Below are positions 36,640-50,532 of a DNA stretch of 64,000 nt, one piece after another. Every line of letters begins with the position of its first letter. Position 1 is the stretch's first letter. Below the pieces are notes generated by a model. That model was not told where the DNA came from. It did no database searches and saw only the letters and a list, made by a program, of their open reading frames with translations. The position numbers were made by a program, and so were the translations under genes. Location of the stretch: positions 1,888,001 through 1,952,000 of the forward strand of contig CM000150.2 in NCBI GenBank assembly GCA_000004695.1. The letters are read 5' to 3'. The DNA is from Dictyostelium discoideum (taxonomy: Eukaryota).

Positions 36640-37603
36640 TTATTTAATTTGTTTTTTGTTTTTCGATTTATATATTTGTTTATAATTTATTTTATAGTCT
36701 GGTTGGTTATATTTGATTCGGAAAGTTTTGTTTGGTATACACTTTTTTTTCTTTGGATTAAAATAAAATCAAAAGTATGGACCGACTCCACCTTGAGGAC
36801 CGAGTGGATTATTTAAAATGGTAGTACTTTGAACATTTGATTTTTCAAAATTAATTGCAATTGATTTGGAATTGTTATCAAAGGTTTTACTTAAGGTTGA
36901 TGATGATGAGGATTTATTTAAAATTTTAGTTAATGAAGTGAAAATCATTTTTTATTTTAGTGTAGTACTATTTTTATTATCTTGTTTAATTAAATTATAT
37001 TTTAATATTATATTTTAATATTTTATTATTATATTTTATTTTGTTTTGTTTTATTTATTTGAATAATGAATAGAAATGAAAAATCATTTTTTTTTAAATA
37101 CTTTAAAAAATAATAATATAAAAAATAATTAAATAATAAAATATAAAATAATAAAAAAAAAATAATAAATGTTAAAAATAGAATTTAACAAGTCGATGCT
37201 TGCGAATGTAAAAATAAAAAACGAGAAATAAGTTAATCTTAACATTATATTGATGATATAATTTGATCTAAGTGATGGAGAGAATATAATCAAAAATAAA
37301 TATTCAACTGAAGAATAACAATATTATGATAGTTGTCTTTCGGTATAGTTATTTATTGAACAAATAAAATTCATTTTTACACAAATGTTTCACTTTTAAT
37401 TGTGACGAATCCACAAATTACAAACACATAATTCACCCCTTTTTATATTTTTAAATTATTTGTTTTTATTTATTAATTGTTTTTATTTTTTTAATTATTT
37501 TTTTCATTTTTTTTATTTTTTTTTTAAGTGGTTGAACAAATTAATTTAAGGTTCCAAAATTAAATAAAAAAAAAATTAAAAAAACTCAATTCAATGAGTA
37601 ATT

Positions 37604-37635
<32 letters not shown>

Positions 37636-37860
37636 TCAATAATTGATTTTTTTTTTATTTTACTAATAATAATTCTTTTAAATTAAAAAAAATCAATTTT
37701 TTTTTTATTTTAATAATAATAATTCTATAAAATTAAAAAATCAATAATCTTAAATTTTTTTTTTTCAATAATCTTAAATTCCTACTTCTTTTGAAAGTAA
37801 TATTAATTTTTTTAATTGAAATGAAAATACTTTAGTAAAATTATTTACAAAATGATGCTG
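36640..37860 (-). repeat. Repeat unit 2a, an inverted copy of the 6360-7560 part of unit 1.
   Basis: 37160-37440 is the reverse complement of 6790-7040/9130-9400 (ACTGAATAACCACTATCATAATATTGTTATTCTTCAGTTGA...). 36660-36960 is the reverse complement of 7260-7560. Confidence 0.8.
36769..36948 (-). CDS. Small-ORF family member, type b, third copy, 59 aa: MIFTSLTKILNKSSSSSTLSKTFDNNSKSIAINFEKSNVQSTTILNNPLGPQGGVGPYF.
   Basis: Inside inverted repeat unit 2a. Confidence 0.5.
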   Translation of the reverse strand: MIFTSLTKILNKSSSSSTLSKTFDNNSKSIAINFEKSNVQSTTILNNPLGPQGGVGPYF

Positions 37861-38589
37861 TGCTGCCATCAGGTATTTCCAAATCAAAAAGTAGATTATA
37901 TGTCCTCCAATCATTAAAACCCTCTGGAAAATTCATTTTTGTTGTTTTTTCTATATGAGTTTTGCTTAGAAGTGTTTTTTTTCAAATTTTCATTTTATTT
38001 TTTTTTTGAAATATTAATGATAATAATAATTGAATTAAAAATATAATATACAAAATTTTAAAAAAAACCCCCCCAAAAAAAAAAATAAAAATATTTACAC
38101 CAACTTTTCATTTTTACATAAAATTTAATGTTAGTACCAATTTTATTGTGATTCACCCAATTATAAAAACTAATACAAAAATTATTTCACCCTACATATT
38201 ACTTTAATTAATTTTTTTTTTTTTTTTTTTTTTTTTGGGGGTTTAACAAAATTATTTTAGTTTGAATTTAAATTAATTATTTTTAAAAAAACTAAAACAC
38301 AAATTATTCTTTTTCTTTTTTTGATTTTTTTAATTTTTTTAATTTTTGTTTGGTCTAAAGATCAAATAAAATGACTAAAACAATTAATTCTTCTTTTTGA
38401 TTTTTTTTTTGCCAAAAATTCAAGTTATGAAAAATTTAGAATTAAATCGGAATTAATTAATTTTTAATTTTTAATTTTTAGTTTTTTTTTTAAAAATAAT
38501 AAAAAATAATAAAAAATAATAAACTTTAATATGTAATTATACTATCTTTAAAATAAAAAATAGAAAAAAAAAAAAAAATTATAATTATA

Positions 38590-40100
38590 GTATAAATTAG
38601 TTTATTTTTTTGTTTTTCGATTTTTATATTCGTTTATAAACCCATATGGTTGGTTATATTTGATTCGGAAAGTTTTGTTTTGTAGAGTTTGATGGAAATC
38701 TTTTTTTTCTTCTTTAGATTAAAATAAAATCAAAAGTATGGGCCAACACCACCTTGTGGACCAAGTGGATTATTTAAAACTCTATAAACTTGAATATTTG
38801 ATTTTTCAAAAGTAATTGCAATTGATTTTTGGTCAATATCAAAGGTTTTATTTAAGGTTGATGATGATGAGGATTTATTTAAAATTTTAGTTAATGAAGT
38901 GAAAATCATTTTTTATTTAATTTATATTTTTATTTTTATTAATTATATTAAATTAAATTATATTTTTATATTAAATTATAATATTTTATTTTATTTTATT
39001 TTATTTGTATTGAATAATGAATAGAAATGAAAAATCATTTTTTTTTTTTTTAAATACTTTAAAAAAAAAAAAAAATAATAAAAAATAAAAATTAAATGTT
39101 AAAAATAGAATTTAACAAGTCGATGCTTGCAAATGTAAAATAAAAAAACGAGAAATAAGTTAATCTTAATATTATATTGATGATATAGTTGGATCTAAGT
39201 GATGGAAAGAATAAAATCAAAAATAAATATTCAACTGAAGAATAACAATATTATGATAGTTGTTATTCGGTACAATTGTTTATTGAACAAATAATTTTCA
39301 TTTTTACACAAATATTTCACTTTTAATCGTGACGAATCCAGAAATTACAAACACACAATTCACCCCCTTTTTTATTTTTTAATTATTTGTTTTTATTTTT
39401 TAATTATTTTTTTATTTTTTCATTTTTTTATTTTTTTTTAAGTGGTTGAACAAATTAATTTAAGGTTTCAATTATTAAAAATAAAAAAAAAAACTCAATT
39501 CAATGATTAATAATTATTTTTTTAAAAAAAAAAAAAAAATCAATAATTCAATAAAATTAAAAATAAAAAATAAAAATAAGATTCCAATGAAATAATTTTT
39601 TTTCTTTAACATAATTCCTAGGATCTAAACTTATATTAAAAATTTTTTTTTTTTTTTTCAATAATCTTAAATTCCTCCTTCTTTTGAAAGTAATATTAAA
39701 TTTTTTAATAGAAACTAAAACACTTTGGTAAAATTATTTACAAAATGGTTAAATATATATTAATCATTTTTAAATAATTAATTTTTAAATTCCAAATAAA
39801 ATAATTATGTTCAACCCCAAAAAAAAAAAAATAAAAAAAAAAATTAAAATAAAAATTAAAGTAATGGGTGAAATAATTATTGTATTGTGGAATGATTTAT
39901 ATAATTATGTGTATAAATGATTATTATTTTTTACACAATAAAATTGGTATATCATTATATTGGTAATTTTTCAGTTGGTAATACCTCATCGATCTGATTT
40001 AATCAAAAATTAAAATGATTAGATAATCCTCATTTAACTTATTTTTAATTATTTAAAATATTATTTTCGAAAACATTGATTTGTTAAATAACTATACTGT
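38590..40100 (-). repeat. Repeat unit 2b, inverted, including an inverted copy of the 290-bp sub-element at 39790-40100. A plus-orientation partial copy of the sub-element sits at 38100-38290.
   Basis: 38590-38930 is the reverse complement of 7260-7600. 39790-39830 (CAACCCC) mirrors 6320-6330 (GGGGTTGAACAG). 38150-38290 copies 6190-6340 in direct orientation. Confidence 0.75.
38730..38909 (-). CDS. Small-ORF family member, type b, fourth copy, 59 aa (...KSIAITFEKSNIQVYRVLNNPLGPQGGVGPYF).
   Basis: Inside inverted repeat unit 2b. Confidence 0.5.
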   Translation of the reverse strand: MIFTSLTKILNKSSSSSTLNKTFDIDQKSIAITFEKSNIQVYRVLNNPLGPQGGVGPYF

Positions 40101-40289
40101 GATTATTTGTTTGTTCTATTTATAACTTTTTATATTTATTTTTTTAAAATTTTTTTTGATCCAAAATTAACAAATTCTTTTAAATTTCCAATTTTTATTT
40201 TTTTCATTTTTTTTTTTTTTTTTTTATCATTTTTTTTTTTTATTTTTTTTTTTTTTATTTTCAATAAATTCACACCTTTCAACATTAAA

Positions 40290-41267
<978 letters not shown>

Positions 41268-41336
41268 ATTGAATAAAATAAAAAAAAAGAATTTAGTAGA
41301 ATTATAAATAAGTAAATTATAAATAATGATAAATTA

Positions 41337-41921
41337 ATGATTAAATTAATAATTTTAAAAATTACTAAACAATATAATATTAATTTCTCAACATTCAATA
41401 ACAATAACAATGTTGAAGCAAGATATCTTTTTAAACAAGATAAAGATTTAAAAGTTCAATATAATTCTAAAATATTAGATATATTATCAATTAATTTAAA
41501 ATTATTATATGAATGTAATATCTTTGAATTATTTAATGAAATAATAATAGAGAGTAATTGTTATCATCTTAATAATCGATCAATAATAAGTATTGATAAT
41601 TTTATAATTATAAATCCTATTATTGCAAATTATATAATAAAAAATAAACCAATTTTACAACAATTCAAATTCACTTTAAATTGTATGCCATATGATGATG
41701 ATGATGATGATGATAATAATTTATTTTTTAATAATATTAATTTTATTATAACACCGAATTGTTTAATAAATATTAACAAATTAAAATTTTTAATTAAAAA
41801 TCATGATGTTTTACTTTTAAATAATATTTCAATAGTTTTAAATTCAATATTAAAATCAAAAGATTTAGAATGTTTTAAAGTTTTAATGAAATTTATTCAA
41901 ACTTATTATCAACAATTTTAA
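41337..41921 (+). CDS. Hypothetical protein of 194 aa, the second ORF of the trio.
   Basis: Complete ORF with a poly-Asp run. The motifs LLYECNIFELFNEII and LNSILKSKDLECFKVLMKFI are degenerate ankyrin-like or repeat-like. Confidence 0.35.
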   Translation: MIKLIILKITKQYNINFSTFNNNNNVEARYLFKQDKDLKVQYNSKILDILSINLKLLYECNIFELFNEIIIESNCYHLNNRSIISIDNFIIINPIIANYIIKNKPILQQFKFTLNCMPYDDDDDDDNNLFFNNINFIITPNCLININKLKFLIKNHDVLLLNNISIVLNSILKSKDLECFKVLMKFIQTYYQQF

Positions 41922-41939
41922 ATACCATTCAGAGATATT

Positions 41940-43025
41940 ATGTCATCAAATTGTTTACCAATTATAGAATTTACATTTACCTTTGATAATTTAAATGATC
42001 CATTCGTTTTAAATAATTTTATTTCAACTAAAGAAATTGTTGATTTATTAATCAAATCAATGGAAATTGGTTATAATGGTTTCGAAATCTATAGATTTAA
42101 TGAAAAATTCAAAGAATATGTTGATCAACTATCTATCCCAAAACAGTGTTCATTTTTTGATGAACTTAAAAAATCAATTTATTATTATTTAAATCCAGAT
42201 AATTATCAATTTAAAAATTTACAATCTAGAATTAATTTTATAGAAAAAATGAAAAAAATTAATTTTATTGATATAAATACCACCAATGCCACCAATATCA
42301 ATTATAGTAATAATAATAACAATATTATGTTTATCAATAATTTTGGTATATTAACAAAAGTATTAATTTCAAAAGGTTCTATTATACCTTCAACAGTACT
42401 ATTAGATTTAATTAAAAATAATAATATCAAAGCATTTAATTTATTAATTCAATTTAATTTAATTCATAAAAAACAATTTCTATTTAATTATATTTTTAAA
42501 AATCAATATAATAATAAAATCATTTTATATTTAATTTCAATTGGTTTTTTAAAAATTAAAGATTTATCTTTTTTAATTAAATTATCAATTAAAAGTAATA
42601 ATTTTGAATTAATTGATTTATTATTATGTAGAAATCAGCCTCAAAACTACCCAAAAATAATTCCATTTCAAATTTCAATTGCTCAAAATGAGAAACAAGA
42701 ATTTATAAAAAATTATTTATTTGAAAATTATATTGATTCGGTTCACTATTACCTTTTAAAATTTAGGAAAAGTTATAAAGTAATATTTTATCTTTTAGAT
42801 AATAATAATTATTTTTACTCACCAAATCAATTACAAGAATTATCATTAAAAAGAAATTGTAAAATTAATAGTATTGCTTACCAATGTCATAGTAAAACTT
42901 TAAAAGAATTTTTAAAATCAATTAGTTATAAACACCAAAATTCAAATAATAATAATAATAATAACAATAATTATAATAATGAAATTATTGATAAAAAATA
43001 TCAAGAATTAAAATTTAATTTTTAG
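41940..43025 (+). CDS. Hypothetical protein of 361 aa, the third ORF of the trio.
   Basis: Complete ORF that starts 19 nt after the previous stop. Similar repeat-like blocks are present (NIKAFNLLIQFNLIHKK, NFELIDLLLCRNQ). Confidence 0.35.
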   Translation: MSSNCLPIIEFTFTFDNLNDPFVLNNFISTKEIVDLLIKSMEIGYNGFEIYRFNEKFKEYVDQLSIPKQCSFFDELKKSIYYYLNPDNYQFKNLQSRINFIEKMKKINFIDINTTNATNINYSNNNNNIMFINNFGILTKVLISKGSIIPSTVLLDLIKNNNIKAFNLLIQFNLIHKKQFLFNYIFKNQYNNKIILYLISIGFLKIKDLSFLIKLSIKSNNFELIDLLLCRNQPQNYPKIIPFQISIAQNEKQEFIKNYLFENYIDSVHYYLLKFRKSYKVIFYLLDNNNYFYSPNQLQELSLKRNCKINSIAYQCHSKTLKEFLKSISYKHQNSNNNNNNNNNYNNEIIDKKYQELKFNF

Positions 43026-43365
43026 AAAATAATAGTAATAATAATTTTTGCTCAAATTGTATGTTTGTAATTAGATTTAATAACAAAAAAAAAAATAAAT
43101 AAATAAAAAAAAAAATCTTTTTGTCGTCCAACCAATGCCAGCCTTTTTTTTTTTTGTTTTATTTTATTTTATTTTCTTATATTTTACAATTAATATTTCT
43201 TTGTTTTCGAATGACGGTTTTTGTCTTGATTATTAAAAATTAAATTTTAAAATCAAAAAAAAAAAAAAAAAATAATAATAATAATAATAATAATATTAAT
43301 AAAAAAAAAAAAAAAAAAAAAAATTGAAGCTTTTTCGGGTTTTGATTGTTGTATTTTCAAAAATT

Positions 43366-43413
<48 letters not shown>

Positions 43414-43475
43414 TTATTTTTAATTTTAATTAAAAAAAAAAAAGAAAAAAAAAAAAAAAAAAAACAGATATAGCA

Positions 43476-45597
43476 ATGAGTGAAAATAATGAAAATGAAG
43501 AGCAATTAAATAAAAAAAGGGAAACATCCACTTCTAATGATGAAGATGTTGATAAAATTAATAATAAAAAATTAAAATCAAAAACTAAAGGTAAACTATT
43601 ATTTTTTTAATTAATATATATATAGTAAAAAACAAATACAAAGTATTAAAATTATACTAATTAAATAATTTTATTTTTATTTTTATTTTTATTTTCATTT
43701 TTATATATATATATAGAATTACCATTTGAACAGTTATATTTAGATAGGTTACCAAATTCTTTAATGTATGAAAAAAGTTTTATGCATAAAGATATTTGTA
43801 CATTTATAGCTGTTAGTAAATCAGACTTTATAGTTAGTACAGATATATTAGGATATGTTAAATTTTGGAAGAAACAACCTATTGGTATTGAATTTGTTAA
43901 AACATTTAAATCACATGTTGGACCAGTTTCATCACTTTCAATATCATTCGATGGTCAATTATTATGTACAGTTGGATTTGATAAAAATGTTAGAATATTT
44001 GATATTAAAAATTTTGATCTTATAAATTCATTTAAAGTACCTTTCTTACCATTAACTTGTGAATGGGTTTATGGTGTAAATTCAAGTAAAACCTTAATTG
44101 CAATGTAAGTGTAGTTTTTCAAATAATATATACATATATATTTTTATATATAAAGTAAATTATTAATTTTTATATATGTATATTATTTATAGATCATCAA
44201 GAGAATCATCAATAATTAATTTATATGATTCAAAATCAGATGATACAAGTGGTAAACCATTACATATTGTTGAATTACATAATAAAAGTGTACATTTAAT
44301 TAAATTTAATCAACAATTTCAAAGTGTAATTAGTTGTGATATTGGTGGGTCTGTTGAATATTGGGATATTGAGGAACCATTTGATCAACCGACAAATGTT
44401 AATTTTCAAATGAAATTAGAGACAGATTTATATGATTTTGAAAAACAATCAACATTGCCAATTAGTTTAGAGATAAGTGGTGATGGTAAATATTTATCAA
44501 CTATGGGTAGAGATAAAAAGATTAGAATATTCAATTATAAGAGCGGTAAATTGTATAGAGTGTACGATGAATCGTTTGCAGTGTTACAACAAATTCAAAA
44601 GACAGAAGACCCAATTTACCATTTAGATTACGCTGATTTCGGTAGAAGATTAGCCATTGAGAAAGAGATTGATACAATGTACGATCAATTTTTAAATAAC
44701 ATAACAAGCAAGCAATCACCACCTTTGAATTCCATATTATTCGATGAGAGTAATAACTTTTTAATTTATTCAACATTGGTTGGTATAAAATTTGTAAATA
44801 TTAAAACCAATAAAGTTGTAAGAGTTTTAGGTAAAATTGAAAATTCAACTAGATTCTTAGGCTTGTCGCTATACCAAGGGAAGAATGAGGGTGATGTTAC
44901 ATTGGGTACTAAAAAGAGGGATACGGAAAATGACCCAACCTTGTTTTGTCTATCTTTTAAGAAACAAAGATTCTACATGTTCACAAGAAGAGAGCCAGAG
45001 GATAACGATAACCCAGATTATGGTAGAGACGTGTTTAATGAGAAAGTCACAAAAGATGAACAATTACTCATACAAAATGCTCAAAGACAGTTGCCAAGGA
45101 ATGCTATCATTCATACGAGTTTGGGTGACATTCATATCATGTTGTATCCTGACGAGTGTCCAAAAACTGTTGAGAATTTTACAACTCATTCAAAGAATAA
45201 TTATTATAATGGTGTGATTTTTCATCGTGTTATCAAGGGTTTCATGATTCAAACTGGTGATCCTCAAGGAACAGGTTACGGTGGTGACTCCATTTGGAAG
45301 AAAGAATTTGAAGATGAATTCAATCGTAACTTACGTCATGATAGACCTTTCACCCTTTCAATGGCAAATGCTGGTCCAAATACAAATGGTAGTCAATTCT
45401 TTATTACAACTGTACCTGTCACTCGTTTAGATAATAAACATACTGTATTTGGTCGTGTATATAAAGGTACTGAAGTTGTAACTGCAATTGAAAAATCAAA
45501 AACTGATCAAGATGATAAACCTTTAAATGATATTTCAATCTTAAATATTAAAATTACTCAAGATGTTCCTCTTGAATTTCAAAATAAAAAAATTTAA
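43476..45597 (+). CDS. PPWD1 (peptidylprolyl isomerase domain and WD-repeat protein 1), three exons: 43476..43590, 43717..44104 and 44193..45597.
   Basis: LPFEQLYLDRLPNSLMYEKSFMHKD aligns to human [25 protein letters not shown]. WD repeats follow. A C-terminal cyclophilin domain is complete: HTSLGDIHIMLYPDECPKTVENF, FHRVIKGFMIQTGDP and SMANAGPNTNGSQFFITT. Donors are GTAAAC and GTAAGT. Acceptors are ATATAG and TTATAG, with phases 1 and 2 conserved. Confidence 0.9.
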
Positions 45598-45685
45598 AAT
45601 TTTTTAATTCCTGGATGGGGTTATTTTTTTTTTTTTTTTTTTTTTGGATTTAAACTCATTTTAATACAAATAAATAATTTAATCC

Positions 45686-45718
<33 letters not shown>

Positions 45719-46148
45719 ATAATTTAAAATTAATAATCATCTATTTTTTATCTTTTTTTTTTTGGTTTTTTTTTTTTTGAATATATAGATAATTTGAACA
45801 ATAATTTAGAATTATAGTAAGTGGTAGTTTACATATGAAAACCATTAGTGTTTCAAAATTAAAAAAGGAGAATAAAAAATAAATAAAAAAAAAATAAAAA
45901 AAGTGAAAACACACAACAATTTAAATATTTAAAATCCACTGTTTTTTTTAAATTTATTTTTTTTATTTTAATTTTTTAAATTGATTTTTTTTTAAGATCT
46001 TTTTTTTTTGTTTTTTAATTTTTTTTTTTTATTTTTTATTTTTTTTTTTTTTTTTTTTAGATATTCAATAATTAAAAAAAAAAAAAAGAATTAATTGTAA
46101 TTTTCAAATAATTAATTTTTAAAATAAAAATAAATTCAAAAAGATATT

Positions 46149-46181
<33 letters not shown>

Positions 46182-46862
46182 TATGTAATCACGAAAATAC
46201 CCAAAAATATTACCAAACTTTGTCCATAAACCTAAAAAACAGATATTTTTTTTTTATCTATTTTTAAAAAAAGATATACCTTTTTTTTTTAATTAAAAAA
46301 AATGTTTAGAAAAAAAAAAAAAAAAAAATTAAAAACCGAGATAATTTCTGTGATTCTCGAAAAAAATAATAAAAATAATAATACAAAAAGAAACTTCATG
46401 GAAAAAAAAGAAAAAAGAAAAAAGAAAATCTAATATCCTACACACGACAGTTCATAATTATAGTGCAATTGCAAAATAAAAAAATCGGTTAGGGGTGGAT
46501 AATTAAATAATCAAAAAAAAAAACAATTTTTAAAAAAAAAAATAAAAAAATTAAAAATTCGTGTGTGTAACTGACAACAAATCATTCTTAAAAAAAAAAT
46601 AAAAAATAAAAAATATCATTGCATGTGAATATGATAACTAAAAAAAAAAAACTTCCTTAATTAATTTTTTTTATTTTTTTATTTTATTTTTTTTTTTTAA
46701 AAAATATTAAAATATTATAAGAATATTTGTCGTTATCGTCCGTTGAAGTTTTTTTTTGGAATATTTTTTATTATTTTTCATTTTAAAACATTTTTTTTTA
46801 TTTTTTTTTTTTAATCTTTAAACAAAAATCCTAACTGGTATTGTGATATCTATAGCGTTGTG

Positions 46863-46905
<43 letters not shown>

Positions 46906-47671
46906 TAGATTTTTTTTTTTTTTTTTTTTTTTCCTTAAATTATTCTTGTATCATTCCGACCAATAATTAAATACAACAATTATTATATTTCAAGTTTTAT
47001 ATATATTTTTTGTGTATTTTTTTGTTTGTCCATTCATCCACCAATCAATAATAATTAAATATTAAATAAATCCAACTTCTTTTTTTTTTTATTTTTATTT
47101 TTTAAAATTAAATTTAAAAAAAAAAAAAAAAGATTCATAGTTTTATTAATAACTAATTATTAAATAAAAAAAAAAAAAAAAAAAAAAATTAAAAAATAAA
47201 AAAAAAAAGTAAAAATATATAATTAAATAATTATAATTAAATTATTTTTATTTAAAAAAAAAAAAAAAAAAAGTATCACTACATTCTATAACAATTTTTT
47301 TTTTTTGTATCATTATCTAAACAAATTAAATTTTATATATTTTTTTTCTTTTTTTTAAAAAATAAATCTTGGAATTAAATAGAAAAAAAAAAAAAAAAAG
47401 AAATTATAAAAAAAAAAAAAAAGAATAAAAAATTAATAACCAACATAATCATAAATTAATAATAACTTATATAACGATAATTTTAACATTATTGTTAATT
47501 TCCAAAGTGGCATCTTTCATATCATTTTTTAACTCCTTTGGTGGGGCATTCAAAAAAAATAATAATAATAATAATAACAATAATAATAATAATAACAACA
47601 ACAATAATAGCAATAATAATAATAATAATAGAAAATCATTAACTAGTAGTACTGATAAAAAAAATAAAAAT

Positions 47672-48207
47672 ATGTTTAAATATAATCAATTAAAAGATAA
47701 TGTAATTTCAATTGGTACTGAAGAAGTTGGATCAGATTACTTTTGTAATGGAATATCTAAAACCAATAGAGTAGAGATTAATTCTGCAAGTAGTTCAGAT
47801 TCTGATTTCGATGAATTCAATGATAATTCCGATAGTGAAATGGATTCATATCAACCATCATCATCATCAACAATGATGAATAATCCAAGACTTCAACATC
47901 TTACAATGGCTCAACAAAATAGTTTAGTTAATTCAAATGACTTTTTCAAAAGACAAAGATTATTTATTTATTTACCAAATTTTCCAGAAGAAATTAAATT
48001 ACAAATTTTCTCACATTTATCTGCTTCAGATTTAGTTTCCATTTCTTTAACTTGTAAAACCTATTATGCCATTGCCAATGAACGTACTCTTTGGAGAAAT
48101 TTATGTTTTGAAAATACTTGGAAAATTTCAAATTTATATCATCCAACTTTTGATTATAAAAAATATTATTTTGAAAAAAATGCAATTTCTTCAACTAGTA
48201 AGTTTAA

Positions 48208-48242
<35 letters not shown>

Positions 48243-49431
48243 TTAAAATTAAAATTAAAATTATAATATTAATACATTTTATTTTTTATTTTTTATTTTT
48301 TATTTTATTTTAATTAAAAAAAAAGATTCATCAAAATGGGTATCACCAAAATTTTTTGGATCATTACCAAGTAAAAGATTTAAACATACTGCTACATATG
48401 TAAATGGTAAAATTATATTTATTGGTGGTCAAGAATCTGATCAAAAGAGATTTAATGATGTTATAAGTTATGATACCAAATCACAAACATTTACGGAAAT
48501 TAATACTAAAGGAGATACTGTACCAAAGTTTTCAAGACATTCAGCATCTTCGATTGGTGAAAAAGTTTATATTTTCGGTGGTTTCGATGGATTTGGTACA
48601 AATTTTAATTTAGCCATTTATAATACAGAAAGTCGAGTTTGGACAAATATTCCAAATAATTTCTTAAAGGGAAAAGTTCCAGTTAGTCGTACCAATCATT
48701 CATCAGCAGTGGTTGGTAAAAATGTATATATTTTCGGTGGTAATAATAATGATGAAAATGGACAATACCAAGTATTGGATGATTTACATTGTTTAAATAC
48801 TGAAACACTTACATGGACTAAATTGGAGGGTAATCTAGTACAAGGTACTAAACCATGTGCTCGTAGTGGTCATTGTATGACTGCTATTGGCAATAAATTG
48901 TATTTATTTGGTGGTGGCGTTTGGAATCATTCAAATGGTTGGGTTGAAAAGTTTAATGATATTCATGTATTCGATACTGAAACAAATACTTGGAGTAAAC
49001 CAATCGTTCAAGGTGAGGTCCAAACTAGCACATTTGCAATCTCTTTCAATGTTGGCCGTTATCTCTTTATCTTTGGTGGTGGTAGTAAACCGAAACATTG
49101 TGTCACTAACGATATATACGTTTTAGATACTGAAACTTTCTTTTGGTCAATTCCTTCCATTCAAGAACCACGTCCACCTGCTAGAGATATGGGTACCGCT
49201 TGTGTTGCTGATGGTGATGTTTATTTCATGGGTGGCTATGATGGTGCTCCAATAAATTATTTCAACAAATTGAAATTTAATTTTAAAGTTTTATCCGATT
49301 TAGCTTCACAACAAAAAATTAATAATAATAATATAAATAATAATAATAATAATAATAATAGCAATAACAAACTATTTAATTCACAATCACTATATCAACA
49401 ATCACAAAATAAGAAATATTCATTTTTTTAG
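47672..49431 (+). CDS. F-box/Kelch-repeat protein, two exons: 47672..48197 and 48326..49431.
   Basis: F-box: LPNFPEEIKLQIFSHLSASDLVSISLTCKTYYAIANERTLWRNLCF. At least five Kelch blades follow (YIFGG..., VYIFGGFDG, VYIFGGNNN, LYLFGGG, LFIFGGGS, VYFMGGYDG). The GTAAGT donor at 48198 and the AAAAAG acceptor at 48325 are phase 1. The 5' ORF extension back to 47492 begins at a TTG and contains about 40 Asn, so the first ATG at 47672 is taken as the start. Confidence 0.75.
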
Positions 49432-49905
49432 TTTTCCTTTATTTAATTATATTTAGTATTACAAAAAAAAAAACAATCTAAAAATAAAAAAAAAAAAAAA
49501 AAATAAAAAAAAAAAAATAAAAATCTTGATTTTTTAAAAAAAAAAAAAAAAGAACATAGTCTAAAATAATAAAAACAAAAAAGGTCAAAATATTATTTAA
49601 ATCATTCCTTTGGATAATTTAGATTTTTAATAAATTAATTTTATTTATTTTATTTTTTTTATTCATTTATTTCATTTAAAAAAAAAAAAAAAAAAAAAAT
49701 TAGATTGAGGTTTCAAAAAAAAAAAAAGAATAGTATTATCATTTCATTTAAATGAATTCTTGGATAATTTAGATTTTTAATAAATAAATTTTATTTGGGA
49801 GGTTTTTTTTTTTTTTTTTTTTTTTTTATTTTTTTTTTATTTTTTTTTTTTCTATTCATTTTCATTAATTTCATTTCATTAAAAAAAAAAAAAAAAAAAA
49901 AAACG

Positions 49906-50091
49906 ATGGAGGTTTCAAAAAAAAGAGTAGTATTATCATTATATCGAGAATTAATTTATTATTCAAAACTAATTACAAATAAAGAAGAAAAAATATCAAA
50001 ATTAAATTTAATTAAAAGTACATTTAAAAAGAATAAATCAATACCTGAAACTGAAACTGAAAAAATTGATAAATTAATAGAAGGTAATTTA

Positions 50092-50130
<39 letters not shown>

Positions 50131-50403
50131 ATATTATCATATTATTAATCTAATTTTTTAAAAAAATAAAAAAAAAAAAAAGATGGACAAAAGAAATTAA
50201 GTTTTTTAAAGATTATGACACCAAGAGAATTTGCAAAATCATATAAAACAACAGGTGTATATAGATTTGAAGATGGGAAATGGATTGAAGGTAATGAAGA
50301 AAAGAAATCAAAGAGACAATATTTGGATCATGGTATTGATATAATGGATCTTAGAAGACACAATCATTTAGTTAAAAGAATGCAATTCTTAGATAGACGT
50401 TAA
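49906..50403 (+). CDS. LYR-motif (Complex1_LYR family) small protein, two exons: 49906..50083 and 50183..50403.
   Basis: The N-terminus MEVSKKRVVLSLYRELIYYSKLI matches the LYR-family L-Y-R/K signature. The GTAATT donor and AAAAAG acceptor join in phase 1 to the ORF containing MTPREFAKSYKTTGVYRFEDGKW. Confidence 0.55.
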
Positions 50404-50532
50404 ATATAATAATATTAATAATAATAATAATATAAAGTTTTAAAATAAAATTACCAATAATATTCTGTACATATAAATTTTTTTTTATTTTTTTTTATTT
50501 GTAAATTACAATTGTTTAATTTTGTTTTTATT

